Part shown: positions 1 to 9,684 of the stretch, one piece after another
How positions within the stretch are numbered: position 1 is the first letter of the stretch
How the letters are laid out: the number at the start of each line of letters is the position of its first letter
From: a virus
Taxonomy: Duplodnaviria > Caudoviricetes
Virus record (IMG/VR): IMGVR_UViG_3300029267_003206
Location: 1-55,096 of that record
Strand: one strand, 5' to 3'
DNA: 55,096 nt
Notes under the pieces: generated by a model
Database searches by the model: none
The model's input: the letters and a program-made list of their open reading frames with translations, nothing else
What the model was told of the DNA's origin: nothing
Translations under genes and position numbers: made by a program

Positions 1-48
1 GGATACAATGGAAGAGCAGATTAATAATCTTCTCACGGATGTTACATA
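1..48 (+). repeat. 48-bp terminal overlap, left copy
   Basis: ggatacaatggaagagcagattaataatcttctcacggatgttacata is identical to 55049-55096. Confidence 0.98.
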
Positions 49-649
49 CTACAAGGAAGAGATTCAGAAGTTGAATGAGAAGTCACTCAAATTACAGAAA
101 CAAGATGATCCAAATGAAGGTCTGACTGTGGAAATAGCAGAGACACTTGACACTCTTTCAGAACAGCAGGACACTATCAAGGAGTTATCAGATAAGGTTA
201 AGATTCTGGAGGAGATAAAGAATGAATATCTTACACATGTGCTTCTCCAGAACAGGCATATAGTAAATCTAAAAGCAGAGAATGCTGAACTTTGTGGATT
301 TATTAATCCTAACTATGGGAAACCTGTTGTCTTTGAACTTGCAGAAGATGAAATGTATGAAAAAAATAACAAACTGATAGTTGAAGTTTCTAAACTGGTG
401 GCAGATAAAGGTCTCGAAGATGGGGACAGGATAAGCATCAATCTTAATGAGAAGAAAATAGCTATTGTGAAGAAAGATAATAAAATCAAAGCGAATCCAG
501 AAGATATGCAAGAAGCCATTGAGGTAGAAGCTCTGGAAAATGATATAAAAAAGAGGAAGGAAAATGACAAGAAGGAGAAAACTGAAGATAGTAAAAAACT
601 CATACAAAAAAGAAGCCTTAAGAAAAAGAAGGTCCCCAGGTTGGCTTAG
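8..649 (+). CDS. 3' part of a Zn-ribbon/coiled-coil protein whose start is at 54900/54906, across the circular junction
   Basis: In frame with MKMEVVMTCSACGK...CPAC...KEKDT from the right end; heptad-rich middle; Lys-rich tail. Confidence 0.85.
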   Translation: MEEQINNLLTDVTYYKEEIQKLNEKSLKLQKQDDPNEGLTVEIAETLDTLSEQQDTIKELSDKVKILEEIKNEYLTHVLLQNRHIVNLKAENAELCGFINPNYGKPVVFELAEDEMYEKNNKLIVEVSKLVADKGLEDGDRISINLNEKKIAIVKKDNKIKANPEDMQEAIEVEALENDIKKRKENDKKEKTEDSKKLIQKRSLKKKKVPRLA

Positions 650-944
650 TAGGAAGATAAGCTATTCCAATGGTTCAGGGTGGTTATATATCCTGAAAAG
701 AACTTGGGAAGATTTCAAGGCTAATAGGGTGGCTGCTGAAAATCTTAGAAATGCTAAGGGTAGAGGATTCTGTGTATGGTGTATTGAAATTATCAAACCA
801 AGTCATTCAGCATATCAGGTATGTGAACATTGCATAGTATTCGAACGTGGAGCATACCTTCATGGTAACTGTGTAATACATGGGAAGTGTTGTGAAAATT
901 GCAAACGTCTTCCCTATCTGATAAAAGAACGGAGAGTGCAATAA
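564..944 (+). CDS. Cys/His-rich Zn-finger protein
   Basis: CVWC, CEHC, HGNC and CENC motifs; start uncertain because it overlaps the upstream ORF. Confidence 0.65.
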   Translation: MTRRRKLKIVKNSYKKEALRKRRSPGWLSRKISYSNGSGWLYILKRTWEDFKANRVAAENLRNAKGRGFCVWCIEIIKPSHSAYQVCEHCIVFERGAYLHGNCVIHGKCCENCKRLPYLIKERRVQ

Positions 945-945
945 T

Positions 946-1080
946 ATGACAGAACAAGAGAAACATTCATTCAAAGGAGAATGCCCCTGCTGTGGAAGCA
1001 GGAGTCAAGATCATAGAGGGAACGAAAGCAAAGGAAGCATCTGCTGTAACAACTGCGGAGAGTTGTTAATATCCTGGTGA
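946..1080 (+). CDS. Small Zn-ribbon protein (44 aa, not in ORF track)
   Basis: MTEQEKHSFKGECPCCGS...CNNCGELLISW; fills the gap between flanking ORFs. Confidence 0.65.
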   Translation: MTEQEKHSFKGECPCCGSRSQDHRGNESKGSICCNNCGELLISW

Positions 1081-1442
1081 TGTTAATGGACGATTCAGGG
1101 AAAAGGATGAGATGGTATTGTGAAGAACATAATCAATGGTGTTGCTTGGGATGTGGTGTATGCCCTGAATCCGATGGGTCTATAGATAAAACTGGTGCAG
1201 TTCATTCATCTCCTAACTGCCCATACTTTGACCTATGCCCAGATTGCAAAGAGAGATTGATTCACATACCGGGTGGATGGTTATGCCAACACTGTGAAAG
1301 GAGTTTTGATTGGTATGTTGATGGAAAACGGAAGACAAAAGTGGTGCCCAGTGTGCGGAAGAACAAGCATACACATAAGACAGAAAGACGGTGTAGAAAG
1401 ATGCAAAGTCTGTCTTATTACGGAAGAGGTGATGAAAGATGA
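1077..1442 (+). CDS. Multi-Zn-finger protein
   Basis: CEEH, CLGC, CPDC and CQHC motifs. Confidence 0.7.
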   Translation: MMLMDDSGKRMRWYCEEHNQWCCLGCGVCPESDGSIDKTGAVHSSPNCPYFDLCPDCKERLIHIPGGWLCQHCERSFDWYVDGKRKTKVVPSVRKNKHTHKTERRCRKMQSLSYYGRGDER

Positions 1443-2038
1443 ATGAATTAAAACCTATTACAGATAAAAAAGAAGAAGAGGATGAGGAGGAAGAAGTCAT
1501 CAAAGCAAAGGAGATCGAAGCAGAAGATGAGTGGTATAAAACTGTGTCAGGTAAAGATGCTAAGATGTTGGAAGAGTTTGTGATGAAAGATTATGATAAA
1601 GATAATAAACCAACGATTAGCATCATAGGTGACATAGTATACATCCGCAATGAGGATCATACAATTAACCTCACTTCCAGATGGTTGAAAGTTTATAAGC
1701 AGATAGCAAAGCTAGATAAACTCCCAGATGCGGTTGTTCCATCTCTGCGACAAGTTCTTATATTGATGATTACTAAACCAGAATGGGCGATGAAAGTAGA
1801 AGACGAAGAAGAAAAAAGAAGGAAACCAACCATCAAACATAACCTGGTTAATGAAACAGAAACAGATTATAAAAAGAAACTAAGAGAAGATAAGGAAATA
1901 AAAAAGAAGATGCTAATGCGGAGACAGACAATTCCTCCAACATCAGAAGATATGGCTAAATTAGCAAAGCAGACTCCTACTAAGTGTGAAAAACAGAAAA
2001 AGCAGAAGAAACAACCTAAGCCACTTCCATTGGCTTAG
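1439..2038 (+). CDS. Hypothetical protein, acidic N-terminus and basic C-terminus
   Basis: GAGGTGA RBS; ATGA coupling to upstream ORF. Confidence 0.75.
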   Translation: MNELKPITDKKEEEDEEEEVIKAKEIEAEDEWYKTVSGKDAKMLEEFVMKDYDKDNKPTISIIGDIVYIRNEDHTINLTSRWLKVYKQIAKLDKLPDAVVPSLRQVLILMITKPEWAMKVEDEEEKRRKPTIKHNLVNETETDYKKKLREDKEIKKKMLMRRQTIPPTSEDMAKLAKQTPTKCEKQKKQKKQPKPLPLA

Positions 2039-2057
2039 ACATTAAGAAGGTGAGCAA

Positions 2058-2471
2058 ATGACAGCATTTATGAATTTAATGCGAGGAATATTCTCTGGTG
2101 GGAAAATGGTCAATGGTAAGATCGTTTCATCTGACAGCTCAACGATGGCAATACTCAAGGATGACATATGCCAACCTGTCTTAGATGAAATCCCTCTTGA
2201 ATCACTGGGTGGAAATGCACCTGACATAGATGAGCACTTTGATATAGGGGCATCTGTAAAATTTAATCTGCAGAAGTTTCTCTACATCATAATGGCATGT
2301 GATGCCCAGGGTGAAGAGTTCATTACCATCCAGACCAACCAAAAAGCCAATTATCCTATCAGGGTTGAGATGGAACACATAACTTTCTACCTGGCTCCAC
2401 TTGCACCTAACAAGATGGGAGGTTCAAAGGATGCCACTAAACCTGCTGAATTTACCGCCTCTGGATCCTAA
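2058..2471 (+). CDS. Truncated/single-domain PCNA-like (sliding clamp) protein
   Basis: VKFNLQKFLYII...ITIQ...YPIRVEMEHITFYLAP resembles the PCNA C-terminal signature; AGGTGA RBS; directly upstream of the MCM-like gene. Confidence 0.6.
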   Translation: MTAFMNLMRGIFSGGKMVNGKIVSSDSSTMAILKDDICQPVLDEIPLESLGGNAPDIDEHFDIGASVKFNLQKFLYIIMACDAQGEEFITIQTNQKANYPIRVEMEHITFYLAPLAPNKMGGSKDATKPAEFTASGS

Positions 2472-3855
2472 GCAGAAGCAGAAATCAGTATGGGAAAGTA
2501 TACGAGGAACGAAAGAAGAACAACAAAGGAGGATAACTAATAAGTCAATAAAAGAAATGGAATGTAATGAGGATGTGCTGGATATAAGTATTCCACTTGC
2601 AGACCGAATGCTTATGCATCTTGACAGGCGTATGCTCTTTGCTGGGGACATCTGCCCACCTCTAATCGCATCTATAGGTGGCCATCTCGCAGACTTACAT
2701 CAAGCTGATCCAGATGATATTCCATATGGTCACGACTGCCCATTCTACTTTTTTAAGGGAAGTGTTGAAGTTATGAATGTTCCATGTAATATCATATCCC
2801 CAGCAGGTCTGTCAAAGTCTCATACAATGGCACAGTTCTTTGAAGCCAAGTATGGTATAATACCAATCAGGGCACAGTTTCGAGGAGTTATAACAGAAGC
2901 AGGTTTCGTTGGTAAAGAGAATCCCGGTGAAGATGATAACTCTTATGGAGATGCTTTTGAATTCCGTAATGGGTTTCTGCTATTTAATGAAATTTCTAAT
3001 ATAATGATTGCATCTGCTACAACCCATTCAGGTGCTCTTGTCAATCAGGTGATGGAAGCTTTATCTGAACGGAGGATAAGCAAACGAACCGGGGGAGCAG
3101 AATTTGACTATGCTACAAGAGTTACCATCTGGGGTGGGATTCAACCAAGAAGATTCGAATTCAGCCAGGGATTAGGAAGACGTTTCCTCCACATCACCAA
3201 AGCGTGGACTCCTGAAGATGTTGCGATGTTTAAAGAAGAAAGGGAGAAAGAAAAGATAGGGGGTGGAGAAAGCCTTAAAGTAAATATGAGGGAGATTAAA
3301 CAGATACGAAATGAACTATCTGACCTGCTTCATAATGCAGTTGTAGAAGAAGTTGTTTGGGACAGCAATGTATATAAATATATGAAGAATTTAGCAATAG
3401 GTCATCTTGATCTCCAGATGATGGAAAGGGTTTTAGTGGGAAGGGAATATTTAAATCAAGGGTTAGAGAGAAGAGTTCATATTCGCAATAATGAAACTAA
3501 TAAAATGTTGGTTAAAAGTCTGGTAGAAATGAATCAGATAGTTGCAGAAGGTGGGGATCTTTCCCTTCTGCTGGCAACCATTGGAGCCAAAGAGGTATCA
3601 AGGGATAGTCTCTGGTTATCATTTAGAAGATTCGGTTATCAATATAATCAATTTGTTGAACTTATAGATACAGGCATACGGTTAGGACTTGTATTCAAAC
3701 ATTTTGATAGTTCAAAAGGTGGATATTATTATAGCAAAGCAGGTAAGGGAAAACAATCTGGTCCAAGAGCTATATCTGAAGAAAGGAGAAAAAAGAAAGC
3801 GAAAATATTTGCAAAACTAAAGCAGAGCACGAAATTAGATATGATTGAACCATAA
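2431..3855 (+). CDS. mcm: MCM-like AAA+ replicative helicase (divergent)
   Basis: Walker A SPAGLSKS; ITEAGFVG; Walker B LLFNE; QVMEALSERRISK (MCM pre-sensor-1 motif); sensor-1 WGGIQP; Arg finger GRRF; GGAGGT RBS before ATG 2431. Confidence 0.75.
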   Translation: MPLNLLNLPPLDPKQKQKSVWESIRGTKEEQQRRITNKSIKEMECNEDVLDISIPLADRMLMHLDRRMLFAGDICPPLIASIGGHLADLHQADPDDIPYGHDCPFYFFKGSVEVMNVPCNIISPAGLSKSHTMAQFFEAKYGIIPIRAQFRGVITEAGFVGKENPGEDDNSYGDAFEFRNGFLLFNEISNIMIASATTHSGALVNQVMEALSERRISKRTGGAEFDYATRVTIWGGIQPRRFEFSQGLGRRFLHITKAWTPEDVAMFKEEREKEKIGGGESLKVNMREIKQIRNELSDLLHNAVVEEVVWDSNVYKYMKNLAIGHLDLQMMERVLVGREYLNQGLERRVHIRNNETNKMLVKSLVEMNQIVAEGGDLSLLLATIGAKEVSRDSLWLSFRRFGYQYNQFVELIDTGIRLGLVFKHFDSSKGGYYYSKAGKGKQSGPRAISEERRKKKAKIFAKLKQSTKLDMIEP

Positions 3856-3985
3856 GAAGAAAAATAGTCTAAGTACAAAAAATTGTGTAAAGGTATACAA
3901 CTAACTAACTGGTTGTTTCCTTCTATCGCAAAAAATCACGTAAGAGAAAATAGCATCCAGGTGTAAAAGAAGAGGTGAAAAGCAG

Positions 3986-4423
3986 ATGGAAATAATAGTT
4001 ACATGGTTTCTACCATCAGGTAAGTTTAGAAGAAGTGAGAAGATAGACATCGGTGCTCTTTCTCTGGTTGACCTTAAACAATTTAAACAGGAGATAGTAA
4101 ACAGAGAATCTGTAATGTCTATAGGTTGGCAGGGATATTATTATATCACAACTGACATCGCTAATCAGAAGATGGATTGGTATAGGGGTTTCCATTGTAA
4201 ACTATTCAAACCAGAGGAGTTTGAAGGAATAGGTAAGTATGGTAAGAAGCCCTGGAAGTATTCCAAGAATGCACAGAAAGAGCTCTGCATCAAGATGATG
4301 CAGATGGCCAGGGAGGAAGGGAAGATGGAAATGAAGATGGGTGAACCAAGACCAGATAATAAGGGAAACATAATAGAGTTAAAGAAGAAAGGATATAGGG
4401 GATTGTATGGGAGGTATCCTTGA
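3986..4423 (+). CDS. Hypothetical protein
   Basis: GAGGTGA RBS, 145 aa. Confidence 0.7.
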   Translation: MEIIVTWFLPSGKFRRSEKIDIGALSLVDLKQFKQEIVNRESVMSIGWQGYYYITTDIANQKMDWYRGFHCKLFKPEEFEGIGKYGKKPWKYSKNAQKELCIKMMQMAREEGKMEMKMGEPRPDNKGNIIELKKKGYRGLYGRYP

Positions 4424-4590
4424 TGTGGAAATTTCCTATCTTTCGGGTAATGGTTAGACTTACATTGAGAACTCTTGATACTCTGGAAGATGTAGTTAGG
4501 GCAGAACAAAAAAGGTCTGCCATGCGTTGTGCAATGAGAGATGAAATTAAAGAAGCAGAACGTAATGAAACAAGAGAAATGAGGAGATGA
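4423..4590 (+). CDS. Small hypothetical protein (55 aa, not in track)
   Basis: GGAGGT RBS, TGATG coupling; MWKFPIFRVM... Confidence 0.5.
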   Translation: MWKFPIFRVMVRLTLRTLDTLEDVVRAEQKRSAMRCAMRDEIKEAERNETREMRR

Positions 4591-4649
4591 AAACCAAAAA
4601 TCAGAAAAGTTTATATAGAAGATATGAGGGCTTACGTGATTCAGATAAG

Positions 4650-4700
4650 AAAAAGGAAACACTTATATAGTTATATATATATATAAGTATATAAAAAAAT
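4650..4700. promoter_or_regulatory. AT-rich (TA)n tract with inverted TATA boxes upstream of the RHH gene
   Basis: acttatata (4661-4669) and tatataagt (4680-4688) form an inverted repeat; purine-rich BRE-like sequence upstream. Confidence 0.55.
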
Positions 4701-4752
4701 GGTGTTATAGAGATTAGAGCATCCTCATTAAATTAAATGGCAGGGATTAAAG

Positions 4753-5418
4753 ATGCAGAGTCAAAATTTAAGTCAGCAGAATTACCTAATACCCAGAGAC
4801 ATCATTCAGCAGATTGAACTTGAAGTAGCAGAGAAAAAAGCTAAATCAAAATCTGAAGTTGTTAGACGTGCTCTCGCAGCATACTTTGATGTAGACTCAT
4901 ATGAACGGGAGAAACAGCTCCCGATTAGGTTTAAAAATGCAATGGATATGTTTGAGATTCTTATCATCTTAGCAGATAACGATGAGTATAGGGCTAAAAA
5001 ACTTGATTCATTCTGGCTATCCTGGCCTGATATAATGGAAATCAAATTCAACAGATGGTCTTTTGCTCTGAAGGCAGTATCCATCTTTACAAAGATATGC
5101 CGTTATCTTAAGCATCCACTTCAATATGAGCAAGTCATCTCTGAAGTCCCCATTCCTGGGACAAGACGAAGGAGGATGATGAAAGAGGGATTCACATTAT
5201 ATCTTGAAGTCCCCATCACAGTTGAAATATTGAAAAAGATGCAGAAGGAAGCATTCACATTATTGGAAGAAGATGACTTTGAAAACAAACTGCTTACAAT
5301 GGGATCAGATGAATTAACAAAAACCAATACAGATGTTGCAAGAGATCATCTGATGAACAAATTTGGTCTGGGTGGGGGTGAAGAAGATGGCGAAGGATTT
5401 GACACAAATACAGACTGA
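4753..5418 (+). CDS. Ribbon-helix-helix (CopG/Arc/MetJ-like) DNA-binding protein with C-terminal extension
   Basis: NYLIPRDIIQQIE...KSKSEVVRRALAAYF pattern. Confidence 0.7.
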   Translation: MQSQNLSQQNYLIPRDIIQQIELEVAEKKAKSKSEVVRRALAAYFDVDSYEREKQLPIRFKNAMDMFEILIILADNDEYRAKKLDSFWLSWPDIMEIKFNRWSFALKAVSIFTKICRYLKHPLQYEQVISEVPIPGTRRRRMMKEGFTLYLEVPITVEILKKMQKEAFTLLEEDDFENKLLTMGSDELTKTNTDVARDHLMNKFGLGGGEEDGEGFDTNTD

Positions 5419-5767
5419 GGAAGAGGGTGATAATAAAAGCATCTCTCTTCCCACAACTCCCCTTCTATCTAAGTTAAAGGAAAAGAAGATGCAGAAGGCA
5501 AAAGAAAAATCATCCTCTGTTCTTGAAAATGCACGGAAGAGAAGAAAGAAGTCAGCCAAGATCCAGAATCTTGCTCCACATATAGACTTTCTGCCAATGG
5601 AAAGTGGGATTATCATTTCCAAATTAGATTACATTCTCACTGAGGAGGTGGAGGATGCCTATGTCTTTGAGAAGACGAAGTTAGCTAAACAGAAGAAGGT
5701 GGAGAATGCTAAATATAATATAAAAAATCGCATTAAATCAAAGTTACAGACAAAAATAGGAGAGTAA
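5387..5767 (+). CDS. Basic hypothetical protein
   Basis: GGGGGTGA RBS before ATG 5387; Lys-rich. Confidence 0.65.
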   Translation: MAKDLTQIQTEEEGDNKSISLPTTPLLSKLKEKKMQKAKEKSSSVLENARKRRKKSAKIQNLAPHIDFLPMESGIIISKLDYILTEEVEDAYVFEKTKLAKQKKVENAKYNIKNRIKSKLQTKIGE

Positions 5768-5771
5768 AAGG

Positions 5772-6650
5772 ATGACAAAATGTTTTTACCATATAGATAA
5801 TGATGGGAAGTGTGCAGGTGCGATTGTAAAATCTGTCTATACAGATGCAAAGTGCATCCCTATTGATTATGACATACCTTTCCCTCTGGATAGTATAGAA
5901 CTAAACGAATGGGTATTCATTGTGGATTTTAGCATCGAGCCAGAGAGTATGAAGAAACTGTTGAAAGTTACTTCTCATGTCTGCTGGATAGATCACCATA
6001 TCTCCTCCATCGAGAAGTATGCTGGATTCAAGCAAGAAATTGATGGAATACGGGAAGTAGGTAAATCGGGATGTCTTCTTACCTGGGAATGGTTCTATCC
6101 CCATGAACCACCATCTATAGCTGTTCAACTTATCAATGACTGGGACATTTGGGCTAATAAAATGCAACCTCAGACAGACTGGTTTGGTCTTGGGTTGGGT
6201 ATGTTAGACAATCACCCCAAAAGTAGCATATGGCCTGATCTTCTGCACAACAGAGACCCTCTGCCAGTTGAAAATATATGTGCAGATGGTAAGATTATCA
6301 AGGAGTACCAGGATAAACAAAATGAATCTTTCATGAAAAACTATGGTTATGCTACTGAATTTATGGGTTATACCTGCTTTGTTGCTAACTTACCCAAACC
6401 ATCCAGCAAAGCCTTTACATCAATAGCAGACAAGTATGATGTTTTCATAGGGTATGTTCATAAGGGGGATGTATATGTCTTCTCAATCTACACTGATAAT
6501 CCTGACATTGATGTAAGGAAGATAGCAGAAGCACATAGTGGTGGAGGTCATAAGGGAGCAGCTGGATGGCATAGCCCTACAATCCCGTTCACCCCAATTG
6601 ATGGTGAAGATATAGATTCCAAACTGGAGGAAGCATACAATGTTCAATGA
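5772..6650 (+). CDS. DHH/DHHA1 family phosphoesterase
   Basis: YHIDNDG, IVDFS, WIDHH, DWDIW and GGGHKGAAG motifs. Confidence 0.92.
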   Translation: MTKCFYHIDNDGKCAGAIVKSVYTDAKCIPIDYDIPFPLDSIELNEWVFIVDFSIEPESMKKLLKVTSHVCWIDHHISSIEKYAGFKQEIDGIREVGKSGCLLTWEWFYPHEPPSIAVQLINDWDIWANKMQPQTDWFGLGLGMLDNHPKSSIWPDLLHNRDPLPVENICADGKIIKEYQDKQNESFMKNYGYATEFMGYTCFVANLPKPSSKAFTSIADKYDVFIGYVHKGDVYVFSIYTDNPDIDVRKIAEAHSGGGHKGAAGWHSPTIPFTPIDGEDIDSKLEEAYNVQ

Positions 6651-7326
6651 ATTATCATACCCTAAAGAAATAGATGTAGCACCAGCCTTATTAGAAAGGT
6701 ATTCTCAAATGCCTCTTCGAATGGAGATCGTTCCAGAGCCAGCATGGTATTTTAACCTTCGAAAGATGTTTACTGCCACAACCTGGGGATTAGTTCGGAA
6801 TAGAGCGTATGGGCGATATTGGTATACCTGTCCATTTTGCAGAAAAGAACATTGGAATCTTGAGAAAGAAGAACAAGATATTCTAAAACCTGTTGGGGGT
6901 GGACTTCATGCTCATGAAATATGGTCTTACGATGATGAAACACATACTCAGAGATGTGATGGAATAGTAGCTCTCTGCCCTACTTGTCACTCTATCAAGC
7001 ATATGGTTCTCACACAGAAGAGGGCACAAGAAGGTGCTGTGAAGATGTCAGAAGTTATTTCACACTTCTGCACAGTTAATCAATGCTTACAACAAGACTT
7101 TGAAGATATTCTAGAATTTGAGATGCAAGTTTTTCATTTCAGAGGGAAGTTCAAATGGACTTGTGATATTCAAGATTACATGGAATATGTTGGACCTAAA
7201 GCAGCTCCGTTTATAGCCTCTGAGATGCTTGTTGGTAATCTGGAATTGTTACCGACAAAAGTTCTAAATGAAGTTGCAAAGTGTCTGGAAGAGATCGAAG
7301 CAGGAACATTTAAACTGCCGGAATAA
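6640..7326 (+). CDS. HNH-like nuclease
   Basis: CPFC...LHAHEIW.YD...ALCPTCHSIKH. Confidence 0.8.
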   Translation: MFNELSYPKEIDVAPALLERYSQMPLRMEIVPEPAWYFNLRKMFTATTWGLVRNRAYGRYWYTCPFCRKEHWNLEKEEQDILKPVGGGLHAHEIWSYDDETHTQRCDGIVALCPTCHSIKHMVLTQKRAQEGAVKMSEVISHFCTVNQCLQQDFEDILEFEMQVFHFRGKFKWTCDIQDYMEYVGPKAAPFIASEMLVGNLELLPTKVLNEVAKCLEEIEAGTFKLPE

Positions 7327-7338
7327 GGGGATGATTAA

Positions 7339-7527
7339 ATGGACATATATCAAATTGTAGAAGCAATTATCGACAAAGTTGGGATGGAAGATAGAGAGGT
7401 CAAAGAAGTCTTAGAGGTTATATGTAACAACTACGACGCTGCTTTTCTAAGCTGGATACGGGAAAATGTAACTGTTCAAACATATAATACTATGGGAGAA
7501 TCTATTGAAACTATAGATTGGAAGTGA
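7339..7527 (+). CDS. Hypothetical protein
   Basis: GGGGATGA RBS; operon packing. Confidence 0.6.
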   Translation: MDIYQIVEAIIDKVGMEDREVKEVLEVICNNYDAAFLSWIRENVTVQTYNTMGESIETIDWK

Positions 7528-7539
7528 ACGGTGATTTAG

Positions 7540-7806
7540 ATGACAGCAGATACTATTAGAGAAGAGATAGAAACTGAACTCTCTAAATTCATGGAACAAT
7601 ATGCTATTGCTCCAAATCGCATATTCCTAACTCCAGATGCATATAATGATGTGATTCAACATATATCATATCTAAACCAGCATATATATACACTTATATA
7701 TAATGATAAGGGAGAACCTGTTAAATATGGCGGAATTAAAATACAATTACATGAAAATAGTAGTGTATGTTTGAAAAGGGTGATAGTATGCCTGATAGCA
7801 GAGTGA
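7540..7806 (+). CDS. Hypothetical protein
   Basis: GGTGA RBS; operon packing. Confidence 0.65.
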   Translation: MTADTIREEIETELSKFMEQYAIAPNRIFLTPDAYNDVIQHISYLNQHIYTLIYNDKGEPVKYGGIKIQLHENSSVCLKRVIVCLIAE

Positions 7807-8216
7807 AGAAAGTTAGGTTAAACTTACTTAAACGCATACGCAAGAAAGCGAAGATAAATCAACCATATCCCCCAATTCCAGATGGTCTTTGCTTTATAGA
7901 TGGTGGGCCATGTGTAGATAGGATGGCATATACCAATTGCGAAAACTGTTCCTGTGGAAAGAATTTGCAGAAGATTAAGGAGAAAAGGCAGAAAGTTGTA
8001 TTTCCAAAAGCGATGGGAAAATTAAAGATACCCTATAATTTCTATACCCCTTGCACTGAATTTCCAACAGAAAGGCCAGATGGAGGCAAACTTCAGGAAG
8101 GAGATAGATGTATGATTGTAGATATGGATGATCCTCTAAGTGGGAAGATATATTTCTACACTGGTAAGAGATGGATATTATTTGCATGTAAAAATCCTAA
8201 AGATAACGGTGATTGA
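7767..8216 (+). CDS. Cys-containing hypothetical protein (start probably 7788)
   Basis: GGGTGA RBS before MPDSR; Cys cluster. Confidence 0.6.
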   Translation: MFEKGDSMPDSRVKKVRLNLLKRIRKKAKINQPYPPIPDGLCFIDGGPCVDRMAYTNCENCSCGKNLQKIKEKRQKVVFPKAMGKLKIPYNFYTPCTEFPTERPDGGKLQEGDRCMIVDMDDPLSGKIYFYTGKRWILFACKNPKDNGD

Positions 8217-8217
8217 G

Positions 8218-8445
8218 ATGGATACATATGGGATTGTAACGGATGAAAATGAATTAGAAGCTATCATTAGAAGTATAGAATCTTCAAATCAAATAGTATT
8301 TATTTCCAGTAAACTTATGCCTGGTTATTATTATTGGAATACAACAGGTAGTGAACACTCTCATGATTTCCCAACAATATATTTCAAAAAAGAGCTATAT
8401 GAGAAGATAAAGAAGATTAGAGAGAAGAGGGAAACAGAGGTGTGA
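8218..8445 (+). CDS. Hypothetical protein
   Basis: GGTGA RBS before ATG 8218, in frame with track ORF 8140..8445. Confidence 0.6.
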   Translation: MDTYGIVTDENELEAIIRSIESSNQIVFISSKLMPGYYYWNTTGSEHSHDFPTIYFKKELYEKIKKIREKRETEV

Positions 8446-8566
8446 TTAAGATGAAGCTACAGAAACATGCCGATGAAGATTGTAAGGAATCAGAGTCCCC
8501 ACAGAGCGAAGAGAAAGGAAAAGTGATATTATGGTTAGAAAAGTATCTTCAGGGAAAGGTGAGTGA

Positions 8567-8860
8567 ATGGAAATACTAACATATGCAATGAAAGATGTTC
8601 TGATTATTCTGCATAGATGTGGGATTTCGCTATATGGGGCAAAGTGTCATGTCTGTGGGAAGAAGATATACTGGAGAAAGTTGGGTGGCGTTTGGAAAGG
8701 GAAAGATGGTCCCGTTTTCCTCTGTGATGATGCAAGTTGCATATTACTTGGGCTCTTAGAAAAAGATGAGATGTTAGTCATCATTAATACACCAAAACGG
8801 AAAAATAAGTTTTGGGATGCTTGGAAAGATAGCAGACAGCGGGATGGTGGTTCATCGTGA
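8567..8860 (+). CDS. Zn-finger protein
   Basis: CHVC...CDDASC; AGGTGA RBS. Confidence 0.65.
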   Translation: MEILTYAMKDVLIILHRCGISLYGAKCHVCGKKIYWRKLGGVWKGKDGPVFLCDDASCILLGLLEKDEMLVIINTPKRKNKFWDAWKDSRQRDGGSS

Positions 8861-9028
8861 TCCAGCCATATCCACCCATTAACGGTGTTAAGTCCCTGTA
8901 TAAATGCTGTAGAGGTGTCTACTATTCAATGGGAAAAACGCCTTTCCGTGACCTCCCTACTTTACACACTAAAACACCATTCTATAGCGAAACTTCTCTT
9001 CTACTTCTAAGCATCCTGGGGGTATAAG

Positions 9029-9292
9029 ATGGACGACCAGGTAACAACGGATATTGAACGTCTTCTACGAAAGAAGGGTTATAAACAGGGAAGAGTGAAA
9101 ACATATCTATGGTGGCGGATAGTGTACATAGATGATGAGGAGTTTAGGGTATTCCAGGATCTAAAGAAGATGGATTGTTATATGTATAAGTCTGGGCATC
9201 AAGGCCCTTCCTGTCATCCACCAGATGAAGACATTACATTGATGGGTCAATTTAAAGCACTGACTGATACAAAGCAGATGAGGTTGATATGA
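9029..9292 (+). CDS. Hypothetical protein
   Basis: GGGGGT RBS; coupled to next ORF. Confidence 0.6.
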   Translation: MDDQVTTDIERLLRKKGYKQGRVKTYLWWRIVYIDDEEFRVFQDLKKMDCYMYKSGHQGPSCHPPDEDITLMGQFKALTDTKQMRLI

Positions 9293-9504
9293 TGGAAGAG
9301 TATAAAACAGTGAAAGAGATGGAAGAAAAAAATCCTTTACATGATGGAGATTATGACTTACTGATAAGTCTAATTGATAGGAAGATTGCTTCAAATTCTT
9401 TTATAACAATAACAGAAACCAGATGTGAGCCATTCCATATATACTGGGGTAAAAGCCACATATTAATAAAATACCATTATCGTATTATAATAATATGCTT
9501 GTGA
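9289..9504 (+). CDS. Hypothetical protein
   Basis: GAGGT RBS; ATGA overlap. Confidence 0.45.
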   Translation: MMEEYKTVKEMEEKNPLHDGDYDLLISLIDRKIASNSFITITETRCEPFHIYWGKSHILIKYHYRIIIICL

Positions 9505-9522
9505 TTCGGAAGGGAGATCCTT

Positions 9523-9684
9523 ATGACTCAGAAGAAAATGAATGATGGAACAGAGAAGGTTAAAGAGTGTCTCTGCTGTGGAACTCTGATGATAAAGTCT
9601 GGTATGTGCATTTGGCATTGTCCTAACTGTGGATGGGAAGATAGGGATTGCAGCATAGGAGATGGGGGTCAGGTAGATGGGTAA
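9523..9684 (+). CDS. Small Zn-ribbon protein (53 aa, not in track)
   Basis: CLCCG...WHCPNCG. Confidence 0.6.
   Translation: MTQKKMNDGTEKVKECLCCGTLMIKSGMCIWHCPNCGWEDRDCSIGDGGQVDG

Noticed and set aside
1-48. Biological direct terminal repeat
   Set aside because: It lies mid-ORF and is very short; more likely an assembler circular overlap
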